Assembly (NCBI GenBank): GCA_040505955.1
Contig: JBEVXT010000432.1
Coordinates: 1 to 18,597, forward strand
Length of the DNA: 18,597 nucleotides
Direction: 5' to 3'
DNA from: Sedimenticola sp.
GTDB taxonomy: Bacteria > Pseudomonadota > Gammaproteobacteria > Chromatiales > Chromatiaceae
The notes under the pieces were generated by a model. The model had not been told where the DNA came from, made no database searches, and saw only the letters and a list, made by a program, of their open reading frames with translations. The position numbers and the translations under genes were made by a program. Of this stretch, positions 1 to 8,841 are shown one piece after another. The stretch's first letter is position 1. Each line of letters opens with the position of its first letter.

Positions 1-110
1 TGATGATCGATGGCGCCGGACTGGCTGATATCTGGCCCCACCTGCTGGTGCTGTCAGTGATGACCGTGCTGTTTATGTTTATCGGTGCACGTTTCTTTCG
101 CTGGGAGTAG
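1..110 (+). CDS. 3'-terminal fragment of a membrane-protein gene that starts upstream of the window; the hydrophobic helix plus RFFRWE tail resembles ABC-2-type permease C-termini
   Basis: Frame 3 is open from the window edge: MIDGAGLADIWPHLLVLSVMTVLFMFIGARFFRWE*, with stop TAG at 108-110. It is absent from the ORF track only because it is under 60 aa. Family assignment is by resemblance only. Confidence 0.35.
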   Translation, partial: MIDGAGLADIWPHLLVLSVMTVLFMFIGARFFRWE

Positions 111-175
111 AACCAATAGCACGCTAAAGAGACTACACTGATGTCGTTCTGGTCATATAGGTGAAAGGAGTCGTG

Positions 176-1312
176 ATGCACAAATACTTCAAATCACAGC
201 CACCACTACTGCTCGCCGCCCTTGTACTGGTTCTCTGCTGCAGCCTGCCACCCACCGCACAAGCAGCCAATGACTTCAAGGTGGTGACTCTGACTAAGGG
301 GTTAGAACACCCCTGGAGCATGGCTTTTCTTCCCGATGGCAGGCTGCTGGTAACAGAACGTCCCGGACGGCTGCGAGTGATCGAAAACGGTCGCCTGCTT
401 TCACAGCCGGTTGAGGGGCTACCGCCGATCACCCCTCGGGGACAGGGTGGCCTGTTGGATGTAGTACTGCACCCCGATTACAAAAACAACGGCTGGATCT
501 ACCTCTCCTACGCAGCCCCAGGAAAAGGGGGCATAGGCACTGAGGTGGGCCGTGGACGACTGCAGGATAACCGCCTTGTCGATTGGCAAGTGCTCTTTCA
601 ACTGCAGCCAAAGAGCGGTACCGGCCACCACTTCGGCTCGCGGCTGGTATTCGATAAAAAGGGTTACCTCTATATCACCGTCGGTGATCGGGGGGAGAGA
701 AAACGGGCGCAAAGGCTTGATGACCATGCAGGTTCAGTCATTCGCCTGCACGATGACGGCCGTATTCCAAAAGATAATCCTTTCAACGGAAAAACCGGCG
801 CACACCACGAAATCTACAGCTATGGTCATCGCAACCCTCAGGGTGCAGTATTGCACCCAGACAGCGGGAAACTGTGGATTCACGAACATGGCCCCCAGGG
901 AGGCGATGAGATTAATATCATCGCCGCCGGGGAGAACTATGGCTGGCCGGTGGTCAGCTATGGAAAGGAGTACGGTAGCGGCTTCTCAATCGGTGAGGGC
1001 ACTCACAAATCGGGTATTACCCAGCCAATCCACTACTGGGTACCCTCCATCGCCCCCTCCGGCATGACCTTTTACAACGGTGACCGGTTTCCACAATGGC
1101 GGGAAAACCTGTTTGTCGGCTCACTAAAATTCCAGTTACTGGTACGCCTGGAACTGGATGGCGAAAAGATAGCAAAAGAGGAGCGCTTGCTGAAAGGAGC
1201 GTTGGGGCGCATACGTGATGTCCGCAGCGGACCGGATGGCTTTATCTACCTGCTGACCGACTCCCCTGATGGTCAGCTGGTTAGACTGGAGCCCGCAGGA
1301 TATAAAAGGTAA
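176..1312 (+). CDS. yliI: Soluble PQQ-dependent aldose sugar dehydrogenase (YliI/Asd family), secreted
   Basis: The track ORF 161-1312 begins with GTG. ATG at 176 is preferred because the RBS AAAGGAG (164-170) lies 5 nt upstream. The N-terminus is a signal peptide (LLLAALVLVLCCSLPPTAQA). The motif GLEHPWSMAFLPDGRLLVTERPGRLRV and the beta-propeller-like GxW/PDG repeats are typical of YliI-type glucose/sorbosone dehydrogenases. Confidence 0.85.
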   Translation: MHKYFKSQPPLLLAALVLVLCCSLPPTAQAANDFKVVTLTKGLEHPWSMAFLPDGRLLVTERPGRLRVIENGRLLSQPVEGLPPITPRGQGGLLDVVLHPDYKNNGWIYLSYAAPGKGGIGTEVGRGRLQDNRLVDWQVLFQLQPKSGTGHHFGSRLVFDKKGYLYITVGDRGERKRAQRLDDHAGSVIRLHDDGRIPKDNPFNGKTGAHHEIYSYGHRNPQGAVLHPDSGKLWIHEHGPQGGDEINIIAAGENYGWPVVSYGKEYGSGFSIGEGTHKSGITQPIHYWVPSIAPSGMTFYNGDRFPQWRENLFVGSLKFQLLVRLELDGEKIAKEERLLKGALGRIRDVRSGPDGFIYLLTDSPDGQLVRLEPAGYKR

Positions 1313-1349
1313 CGGGTAACTATTCAGCACAGTAATCCAGAACTCAGGC

Positions 1350-1413
1350 GTAGGAGCGAACTTGTTCGCGAAGAGCATGTTTCGTAGTCCATCGCGAACA
1401 AGTTCGCTCCTAC
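1350..1413. repeat. REP-like extragenic palindrome, copy 1: 22-bp perfect inverted arms GTAGGAGCGAACTTGTTCGCGA around a 20-nt loop
   Basis: Left arm 1350-1371 and right arm 1392-1413 are exact reverse complements. Each arm also contains the self-palindrome GCGAACTTGTTCGC. An identical structure recurs at 17575-17638. The outer sequence GTAGGAGCG...CGCGAAG matches the Pseudomonas-type REP consensus with a different core. Confidence 0.85.
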
Positions 1414-1561
1414 AACACCTCTGTTCCACCATCACTGTGGTTTTCAGGATTTTGCTACAGAGCCGGTTTAAGGATAAAAAGACACAAAATGCGTGTTTAT
1501 GCGTGCAGATGATTATTTTTTAACACTGAAGAAACACCCACTCGGGATACTTCCCTATTGA

Positions 1562-2428
1562 TCAATGTACTGTTTGGTCCAATCCCACCTCGAATTTTGT
1601 AAATATAGCTTGGCTCATGACCCTGTTTGACATTTTCGAATTTAAACCCCCTCCCATGCCGTAATAGCGGGTTATCTGACTGTACAACTGCAGAAGCCAG
1701 GATTGAAATTTTGGTATCATGATCATTTTATAGGAATCTACAGCACTTGGTTTCCCATTACTCTTCCAGGCCTTGATCGCGAACTCAACTTCCGGCGTGA
1801 GAAGGGTCATAAAGCGGTTGAACAGAAACGAAGGAACGCGATCATGCTTTTTAAATAATCGCATACCGATTTGTTCCTCAATCCTACTACCTCCGCCACC
1901 CTCCGTGCGCATTCGGCTATCCATAGCTCGGTATATCCACCCGTCATAATCTCTGGTGGTTTCAGACTGCGATATAGAGAGACCAATGGATGGCTCTAAC
2001 CCAACAGTAAGTATTGTTTTGCTCAGTTTCTGCCCCGACCGAAAGGCCCCCAGGGTGTTAAAGGCTACCTTACTTCCCTTATTGAATTTCGCAAGCATCT
2101 TATCGGTCCGGTCAAAGTTCAAGCGGTATACCGCTCTTTTATCCAGACTCCCACAGCCACGATATGTGGCAGACATTTTTACACAATATCCAGCCATTGG
2201 CAGCTCCCCGATGAATAGAGTATGGATTTTGAGGGCGCGCCGGTTACTGACTCTTAATTTAAATTCCTGCATGCATGAAAAGGCAATGCACTTGAGTGCG
2301 GCTTGTTTTGCAAATTCATACGTTTCTGTTTCACTTTCCTTTTGTGCTTTAGCCATATGGCTCAACCAAAAAAACACAACAGAATTTCTCATGGATTGAG
2401 ACCGAATAAAATCATGTATTGAGGACAT
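1562..2428 (-). CDS. Hypothetical protein, 288 aa, no recognisable family; lies in an AT-richer stretch
   Basis: Longest ORF in the region. A strong RBS AAGGAGG sits 4-5 nt upstream of the ATG at 2428. No signal peptide or TM segment is evident. Base composition is visibly lower in GC than the flanking genes. Confidence 0.55.
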   Translation of the reverse strand: MSSIHDFIRSQSMRNSVVFFWLSHMAKAQKESETETYEFAKQAALKCIAFSCMQEFKLRVSNRRALKIHTLFIGELPMAGYCVKMSATYRGCGSLDKRAVYRLNFDRTDKMLAKFNKGSKVAFNTLGAFRSGQKLSKTILTVGLEPSIGLSISQSETTRDYDGWIYRAMDSRMRTEGGGGSRIEEQIGMRLFKKHDRVPSFLFNRFMTLLTPEVEFAIKAWKSNGKPSAVDSYKMIMIPKFQSWLLQLYSQITRYYGMGGGLNSKMSNRVMSQAIFTKFEVGLDQTVH

Positions 2429-2669
2429 GGGACCTCCTTATAGGTCTGACAATCCAACAGAAAAACAGATGTGTGAACTGCGTTGACCACAGGATAAGGC
2501 ATCCATGGCTCCCCTGACAACCACCTTTCATATCACGGATGTGACACACCCCATCGAGATATCCACCATAGCCGTGGCAGACAGGATCAGCAGAGACAGA
2601 ATCAGGACACCCATCATTTAGTGCTACCCCTATTCCCGCTGATACCGAGCGCTACTTGATAAGGCTGAA

Positions 2670-3058
2670 ATAGAATTACTACCTCCCGATGAAAGCCTAA
2701 GGAAGAAAGGGCAGCGCGGTCGATTGAAGCGAACAAAGGCTCGTAATCTTCTTGAGCGCCTGTGCAACTTTGAGGATGACGTGTTGCGGTTTATGGTAGT
2801 AAAGAAGGCACCCTTTACCAATAATCAAGGTGAGAGAGGCCTGCGAATGACCAAGGTTCATCAGAAGGTGTCTGCTGTTTTCGTTCTATGATGGGTGCAG
2901 AGTATTTCAGTCGAATTCACAGCTATATATCCGCCTGCCGCAAAAATGGGGCATCGTCCACTGAGGCGCTCAGGCTCTTGTTCCAGGGTGAGATGTCTGC
3001 GTTCATCAATCCAGGTACCGGAATAGTTACAATCCGCCCCCATTTTTTCCTCAGTTAA
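2670..3058 (+). pseudogene. Remnant of a DDE transposase gene: only the C-terminal ~125 codons remain, 5'-truncated and split by a frameshift near 2880-2891
   Basis: Frame A (2670-2891) translates to ...ARNLLERLCNFEDDVLRFMVVKKAPFTNNQGERGLRMTKVHQKVSAVFVL*. Frame B (2891-3058) translates to MGAEYFSRIHSYISACRKNGASSTEALRLLFQGEMSAFINPGTGIVTIRPHFFLS*. Joined, they reproduce the conserved C-terminal signature of a transposase family (PFTNNxAERxxRMxKVxQKxSGxFRSxxGAxxFxRIRSYxSTCRKNG...LFxGxxPxFI). This signature is IS66-C-terminus-like or ISL3-like; the exact IS family is uncertain. There is no upstream catalytic part because the opposite-strand gene occupies 1562-2428. Confidence 0.6.
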
Positions 3059-3134
3059 AACCGTTTCAACCGCTCAGTGGTTTCTGGATCGAGGAAACCG
3101 GTAATCGTTGCTTCCGTTTCGCGCCGCAGTGCGG
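3032..3134. repeat. Direct repeat DR1: a ~103-bp copy, ~96% identical, of the 3' end of the enoyl-CoA hydratase gene plus ~20 bp of its downstream sequence
   Basis: 3032-3134 reads atccgcccccattttttcctcagttaaaaccgtttcaaccgctcag...cgcgccgcagtgcgg. It aligns with 13235-13338 with 3 substitutions and 1 indel, and the sequences diverge immediately outside. The repeat ends in the palindrome CCGCAGTGCGG. Confidence 0.85.
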
Positions 3135-3311
3135 TTGGGTTGGAGACAACCAAAACCAAGAGCAGAAGAATGCTTACAAGTCGGCTTGGCGGTTTCTCCT
3201 TATGTGACCGTTGATGACAGTAGGTGTTCTATTCTCGGACAGGCTCCTAAATGTCTCCTTTTGGCATGAGTTATACCGGACAGTAGTGAGTGAAAATAAT
3301 ACTTCTCTGAA

Positions 3312-6300
3312 TCACTCATTATCTTCACCACTTGGCTTTTTTCTCTTCGGCGCATAGCGCTTTGTTTTTACCTGTTCGATACTTTTTAAATCATCACGTA
3401 GTGTTCGAATTTCCGAAAAGATGTCGACCATATTCTGCTGGGTTTTTAGGTCGATTTTCAGTTTACCCTCCATCGAATGAACCAGTGGGTAGATGCTGTG
3501 TTCGAATGTGTCTGCGATAACCGAGAGGATTTTACTGAGCCCAGGCACCGGTTGATTGACCACTTCAATATTGTAATCGACGTTTTGCAGTGCCTCCCTG
3601 ACTCTGCCGATCTCGGCAACCACGCTTTCCCGCCCCTCTTTTTCTGATATATCAGCCACTGGCGAGAGCCGTTGATCCAGAAGTGTGGCAATGGTTTCCA
3701 TGCTTTTTCCCAAATCATAGAGTTGGGATACCACCTTGGCACCACTGTCGGCATCATCACCACCGAGACTTCTGTTTTTCAGAAATGCCTGAAGAATTTC
3801 AGCCCAGCGCTGCCGTTCCTGTTCTGTTTGGTTGCCTCGTAGTTCCGCCAGTTTAAGCAGGTTCTCCTCTGCCCCGGATGTCAGCAGTTGTGCCTCTCCG
3901 AGATAGTGGTCGCTGATCATCTGCATCAGCTCTTGGTTATTCATTACGGCTGATACTTTTTCAGCCATCTTATTCATGTTGCGATAGCTGCCCTGTAGTT
4001 TGAAGGTCGGCTCTGTGCGATATCTGTCATCTTGTGCGGCAGAGGCGATATAGCGTTGATTGACCTTCAGCACAATATCCCGAATCTGGTAGAGCTTTTT
4101 CAGCACTTCGACAATTTCGTTGATCTCCGCGCCACTGTATTGATGTGCCAACTCGGTGCTGGCGATGTTTTTCCCCTTTGCCATCTGCATCAGTTTATAG
4201 ACATCGTCCATCTCTCTGGTGGCAAGTGGTGCCAGTACTCGGTTGGAGGTCAGGCAGTTCTCGATATAGCTGGAGGCAAACTGCGCTTGCATACCGCCCA
4301 GAATGTCACCCAGGTTATAGATATCGGCACGATTTGCCAGCATATCCGGTACCTTGAACACTTCGCCCGATTCGGTATAGGGATTGCCAGCCATGACCAG
4401 ACAGAATTTCCGCCCTCTCATATCGTAGGTTCTTGTTTTGCTTTTCCAAACCCCTTCGATCCTGCGGGTACCATCACCAAGGGAGATGAATTTTTGCAGA
4501 AACTCGGGATTGGTGTGCTGGATATCATCGAGATAGAGCATCACGTTATTACCCATCTCGAAGGCCAGGTTGAGCTTTTTCAACTCCTGTGCTGCAGTGG
4601 CATTCGGTGCCTGGGCAGGATCCAGTGACAATACGCTGTGGCCAAGCGAAGGGCAGTTGATTTTCATAAAAATCAGGCCCAGCCTGCTGGCTACATACTC
4701 CATCAAAGTGGTTTTACCGTAACCGGGTGGCGAGATCATCATCAACAGCCCCATCAGATCGGTGCGCTTGCCTTCACCGATACTCCCCATCTGCTTTGCC
4801 AGATTGTCACCAATCACCGGCAGGTAGGCATCGTTGATCAACCGGTTTCTGACAAAGGAGCTGAGTGGCTTGGCCTTGAACTCTTCGAGATGAAGCCCCT
4901 CCCGCTCTTCGCTGATGATCTGGTGACGGGTTTTTAGATAGCGATGGTAGCCGGGTATTACAACCGCCTGGTGGTGTTGCTGGCGGAGCAAGAAATCATC
5001 CAGCGAAAACTGTAGTGTCTGTTTTTTTATTCTGGAGTGGTCACCCAGCAAGCCAGTTATGGTCAGCTCAATATCGGCTTCTGTGGATCTGCGGTCGATG
5101 CGCTCATCACTATTGATAAGTGCGACTGCTTCTGGAATATAGCCCGCCAGCCTGCTGAGCTGTTTACTCTCCACCAGCGCTTCCAGCCAGGCTTCAGTGA
5201 GTGCCCAGCGCTGTGCCACTCTGCCTTTAAGCTTATCCAGAGATGTCTGGTACTTACGCCATGATGAATCGGTCAAAGCTCGCTTCAGCTCATCGGCCAG
5301 TTCTCTGGCGTAGCGACTGACGATAAATTCGGCTCGCTCTCTACCCAACTCCGCAACCAGGTAACCGGCCGCACGCTGAATATCGAGCGCTGACACCGGA
5401 ATGACATGCGTTTCGAGAAAGAGGGTCAGTGACTGCTCCACTTCCGCCACCAGCAGTTGAATCGCCTTCGACTGACTGAGTTCGTGACGCATCTGATAGG
5501 CTGACTGAGCACGCTCGGGCCAGCTCTTGTGGGTGAAGTTAAATGTTGCACTTTGAGTCGATCCGGGCTGCAGGTTGGCCCAGAATATCTGAGCCAAACC
5601 CCGACTGAGCGGATCATAGCGCAGCAGGTCACCCCGCTCCAGGGCAGGCAACAGCTGTTTTAAAATAAGTGCGGCATCATGATCATGCACCCCCTTCTCA
5701 TATCCTTCCTTGTAACGGGGAGAGGAGAACTCCCTTGCCAGCTTCAACAGCCCGCTCTCATCACTCAATAGCCCGGTCAGACGCTCTGTGGTGAGGTTAC
5801 TCTCCTGCCTTTCTGCTGCCTCGATGATCAGATTGGCCAGATACTCACCCCGATAGAGCTGAGGGCTCTCGGATTCCAGCGGCATCTCCCAATATTGCCG
5901 TAGCGCCATCAGTTGACTGTTTTCGATCGGCTCGAAAAACTCGGTTCCGGTCAGGTGCAGGTTCAACTCCCCATCACGAGGAATGATGGTCAGGTCTAAC
6001 TCCTGGGTGTTAACACTGAAGCGATGGCGTGGCCCCAACCTGATGACTTGACCACCCGCCTCGTAGATCTCGGACTTATCCCTCAGTGAGCGAAGTGCCT
6101 GTTCTTTGATCGATTTAAAGCGCGCTTCGACATCATCCGCCTTTACCCGGCTGTCCAGTTCACCCAGGCGCTCTACCAACTCCCGCACCTTGATCACCAG
6201 GGCATCCGATGCAAAGTAGGTATTCAACTCATCCGCTTCGGTAAACTTTAGTGAGCGTCGTTCAATATTACTGAGGATACGGGATGCGGCATCGGCCACA

Positions 6301-8627
6301 GACTGTGCCTTACGCTGTCGCTCATCCAGCAGTTGTTGTTTGTGCGTTTCAAAGGATTCATAGAGCTCTTCCCGCTTTGCCATAATATCGGCAAGGAACT
6401 CGTCATGATCACTGAATTGGCTCTCCAGCTCTTCGAGTTGCACCAGCAGACGTGACAGTTGCTCATCACAACGCTCTGGGGTGGTGGCCATTCCGAGGGC
6501 GTTGGAGATACTTTGGGAGAAGAGTTTAAACTGTGCGCTGAACTGGGCTACCGCCTCTTCTGAACCAAGACTTTTCTGTTTATGCCTAGCACTGGCTTTG
6601 CTTTGATTGAGCTGAGAGTAGATTCCCGATATGGCGTCAATAATGCGCGTTCTAACGGTAGCATCCTGCACTTTGAGGGTGGTCATCAACTCAGACAACA
6701 GGTCAAGTCCCGATGCTGTGGATTCAATCACTTCAATCAGGGGCGTCAACAGGGCGATGGTATCCGCCTTTTTCACCTCTCTGTTCAGATTGTCTATCTT
6801 ATCCTGATAGGGCGACAACGCATCCTCTGAAGCCAGAAAGGTGATGGTTCTCCCGCTCAGACTTTCCTGACGCTTTATTAGCTCCTGATCCAACACATCT
6901 ATACGCTGAAGGTCGATATAGCGATGCTCACGAATCGTAGTCAGATGCCCTCTTTGATGACGAAGGCTATCCAGGGCCCGCACATAATCCTCTGCTGTAT
7001 GCCAGCTATCAGGCTGGATACTACGCAGGATCTCCTGCTGCTTTGCCTCCGCCTCTGCCATGCTCTTTTTTGATTGTCGGCGGATACTTTCAACTTTCTC
7101 AAACTCATCGATCACCAGCTCTGCCGTCGTTGCAATTTCATGCACGATAGTGGCTATCTCATCGACCTCTTCATCCTCAATCCAGTAGTGGTCGTCAAAC
7201 AGGCCCTGGGAGGATTTATTGAGATCTTCGTAGTGGCGTACCGATACCTCCTGATTCTCGATAATTCGACTGATGCTGAAGAGGCTGGATATACCCCGCA
7301 CCAGTTCGGCATTGCCGATGCGCCCCATAAAGCTCTGGCTGGCAGGCGTCTGACTGGCAAACTCCTGGCTTGTATAGGGGGTACTCCATACCTGCATGGG
7401 ATGGATGCGGGTCGGCTCACTTTCCGCAGAGAAGATAATGATGGTGCCATCCTCAGCCAAGGCATAACCGTGCCCAAGTATGGGTGTTTTCAACGCCTTG
7501 TTAATCAGGTTATAACCGAACAGTGCGACCTCACCGGCCTCGCGCTCATAGAATATGTAGAGCACATCTTCACCGTTGGGAGAGCGGACAACCCGTTTGA
7601 TGGTATATCCGGACAGGCCATCATCAAAGGTTTTGTATTCACCATTTTGCAGATAGTAACCACCGGGAAATGCAATGCCGTGATCTTCAGGCAGTTGCAC
7701 ACAGGAGTCACCGATCGCATCTATGCGGATAACACTTTGGGTCTGGGTGTTGAATACCAGATAGCGCCAGTTCTCTTCTCGATAGGGACGTATCTTCAGA
7801 AGAATAAGGGAGCCGATCTCTGCGTAGTGGATAGCCGCGTCGTCCAGAGACTGGGTCTTGTCTTCCACCGGTTCCCGGTAGATACCCAAACCATCCTTTG
7901 TGTTGTTCTCAACCTTGATCGTTAGATCTCCGGTGACGGTTTCAACAAATACTTTATCGAGGATGGAAACGTGGGGATGCGGACCATTGACAATATCTTC
8001 ACGGGTGGTTTCACTCCACTCAAAGTCGTGGGCAGGAGGCAGTTGAATATCTCGTTCACCACGATTATCCATGTAGGTAACTTCGCTGCCATCTGCGGAA
8101 ACAGACCAACGGAATACACGCAGATCATCCAAACGCTCGCCGATCTGAAAACCCGCCAGTAGCTTCCCCTGTTTGACTGTAAGTTCTACCAGACGCGTGT
8201 GTTTGTAGTAGCGATAGAGTTCTTCAAAATCTGTTCTGAAGTTTGCCTGATCCAAAAAGCTACCCGTGATGGAGGCCGCCTCGATCTCATAACCTGCCTT
8301 ACCACCATTAACATGAAACAGGGAAAATACATCGCTTATCCTGGTCTCCTTTTTCAGACCGATAAAAACGTTGTAGCCAAATAGCAGATACGTACCCACC
8401 TGAACAATGTCCCGGGCAACACTGTTGTTCTCGGTGCGAACACGAATACGTGCAGCCAGTTCCATGCCGGAACTTCCGAACTCACTCAGGCGGCTATCAT
8501 TAAGACGGGTGGTCGCTTGACTCAAGCGATTGCCCTGGTTCAGCAGCCGCTTACGAATCACCTCGTAAGCACCGCCTTCTGCAACCGCACTGTTAACAAT
8601 GCCGGTGGTATCTTCCTGCTGTACCAT
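3312..8627 (-). CDS. Giant 1771-aa protein with a beta-rich N-terminal domain (~aa 1-480), a long coiled-coil/helical region (~aa 500-1150), a single MoxR/AAA_5-type AAA+ ATPase module (~aa 1280-1480) and a helical C-terminal region
   Basis: Uninterrupted 5.3-kb ORF. An RBS AAGGA lies 9 nt upstream of the ATG at 8627. Walker A PPGYGKTTL is at nt 4704-4730 and Walker B MLYLDDIQH at nt 4517-4540. The downstream segment CLVMAGNPYTESGEVFKVPDMLANRADIYNLGDIL matches the MoxR/AAA_5 pattern (xATxNP...LPxALxxRF). The central region is rich in E/L/R/Q heptad-like sequence. The gene is transcribed in the same direction as the flotillin gene and separated from it by 214 nt. Confidence 0.85.
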   Translation of the reverse strand: MVQQEDTTGIVNSAVAEGGAYEVIRKRLLNQGNRLSQATTRLNDSRLSEFGSSGMELAARIRVRTENNSVARDIVQVGTYLLFGYNVFIGLKKETRISDVFSLFHVNGGKAGYEIEAASITGSFLDQANFRTDFEELYRYYKHTRLVELTVKQGKLLAGFQIGERLDDLRVFRWSVSADGSEVTYMDNRGERDIQLPPAHDFEWSETTREDIVNGPHPHVSILDKVFVETVTGDLTIKVENNTKDGLGIYREPVEDKTQSLDDAAIHYAEIGSLILLKIRPYREENWRYLVFNTQTQSVIRIDAIGDSCVQLPEDHGIAFPGGYYLQNGEYKTFDDGLSGYTIKRVVRSPNGEDVLYIFYEREAGEVALFGYNLINKALKTPILGHGYALAEDGTIIIFSAESEPTRIHPMQVWSTPYTSQEFASQTPASQSFMGRIGNAELVRGISSLFSISRIIENQEVSVRHYEDLNKSSQGLFDDHYWIEDEEVDEIATIVHEIATTAELVIDEFEKVESIRRQSKKSMAEAEAKQQEILRSIQPDSWHTAEDYVRALDSLRHQRGHLTTIREHRYIDLQRIDVLDQELIKRQESLSGRTITFLASEDALSPYQDKIDNLNREVKKADTIALLTPLIEVIESTASGLDLLSELMTTLKVQDATVRTRIIDAISGIYSQLNQSKASARHKQKSLGSEEAVAQFSAQFKLFSQSISNALGMATTPERCDEQLSRLLVQLEELESQFSDHDEFLADIMAKREELYESFETHKQQLLDERQRKAQSVADAASRILSNIERRSLKFTEADELNTYFASDALVIKVRELVERLGELDSRVKADDVEARFKSIKEQALRSLRDKSEIYEAGGQVIRLGPRHRFSVNTQELDLTIIPRDGELNLHLTGTEFFEPIENSQLMALRQYWEMPLESESPQLYRGEYLANLIIEAAERQESNLTTERLTGLLSDESGLLKLAREFSSPRYKEGYEKGVHDHDAALILKQLLPALERGDLLRYDPLSRGLAQIFWANLQPGSTQSATFNFTHKSWPERAQSAYQMRHELSQSKAIQLLVAEVEQSLTLFLETHVIPVSALDIQRAAGYLVAELGRERAEFIVSRYARELADELKRALTDSSWRKYQTSLDKLKGRVAQRWALTEAWLEALVESKQLSRLAGYIPEAVALINSDERIDRRSTEADIELTITGLLGDHSRIKKQTLQFSLDDFLLRQQHHQAVVIPGYHRYLKTRHQIISEEREGLHLEEFKAKPLSSFVRNRLINDAYLPVIGDNLAKQMGSIGEGKRTDLMGLLMMISPPGYGKTTLMEYVASRLGLIFMKINCPSLGHSVLSLDPAQAPNATAAQELKKLNLAFEMGNNVMLYLDDIQHTNPEFLQKFISLGDGTRRIEGVWKSKTRTYDMRGRKFCLVMAGNPYTESGEVFKVPDMLANRADIYNLGDILGGMQAQFASSYIENCLTSNRVLAPLATREMDDVYKLMQMAKGKNIASTELAHQYSGAEINEIVEVLKKLYQIRDIVLKVNQRYIASAAQDDRYRTEPTFKLQGSYRNMNKMAEKVSAVMNNQELMQMISDHYLGEAQLLTSGAEENLLKLAELRGNQTEQERQRWAEILQAFLKNRSLGGDDADSGAKVVSQLYDLGKSMETIATLLDQRLSPVADISEKEGRESVVAEIGRVREALQNVDYNIEVVNQPVPGLSKILSVIADTFEHSIYPLVHSMEGKLKIDLKTQQNMVDIFSEIRTLRDDLKSIEQVKTKRYAPKRKKPSGEDNE
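4180..4800 (-). other. AAA+ ATPase module of the giant protein (Walker A GYGKTT, Walker B LDD, sensor/NP motif)
   Basis: The motifs were read directly from the translation. It is a single AAA module, not a tandem pair. The NP(x)ESG / ANRADI arrangement indicates the MoxR/dynein-like AAA_5 clade rather than the classical Vps4/FtsH clade. Confidence 0.7.
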
Positions 8628-8733
8628 TATTTGATCCTTATTTAATCACCAAGGTAGCTACTTATCGATGTACTGAATAGTGGGTGTCTTTCTGAAAACA
8701 GGTAGCCTTACACCCCGTACGATGGTGCTGCAA

Positions 8734-8760
8734 CACAGATCACGGCAGTGGTGATCTGTG
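8734..8760. promoter_or_regulatory. Perfect 10-bp stem / 7-nt loop hairpin (CACAGATCAC-ggcagtg-GTGATCTGTG) in the flotillin-to-AAA+ spacer; no U-tract, so not a classical terminator
   Basis: Exact inverted repeat read from the sequence. It lies ~80 nt downstream of the flotillin stop and ~105 nt upstream of the giant gene start. It is a candidate RNA processing/stability element or protein-binding site. Confidence 0.5.
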
Positions 8761-8794
8761 TTACCTCTGGTAAAAATACCCTCTTGACGGGGTA

Positions 8795-8817
8795 TTGAAT
8801 AGTTACAAACTATTCAA
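8795..8817. promoter_or_regulatory. 23-bp AT-rich perfect palindrome TTGAATAGTT-ACA-AACTATTCAA, 25 nt downstream of the flotillin stop; candidate dimeric-regulator site
   Basis: Exact palindrome. Its half-site GAATAGTT(AC) is the same motif that recurs at 1315-1328, 3019-3032, 10821-10834, 10932-10944 and 8672-8685. Confidence 0.5.
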
Positions 8818-8841
8818 TATGTATAAAGAGCGAGACGCTCT

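Noticed and set aside
2630-3043. Minus-strand small ORFs 2630-2821 and 2861-3043
   Set aside because: They overlap the plus-strand transposase remnant, whose two frames together reproduce a recognisable conserved transposase C-terminus. The minus-strand ORFs are Arg/Ser-rich noise.
4032-7925. Plus-strand ORFs (4032-4628, 4638-4937, 5037-5264, 6582-6830, 7074-7925 and others), plus shorter minus-strand alternative-frame ORFs, inside the giant gene
   Set aside because: All lie antisense to or out of frame with an uninterrupted 5.3-kb ORF that has clear AAA+ motifs. They have no RBS support and are ordinary antisense or alternative-frame open frames.
8734-8760. Hairpin considered as a Rho-independent terminator between the flotillin and AAA+ genes
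   Set aside because: There is no U-rich tract following the stem in the direction of transcription. It is kept only as a generic structured element.
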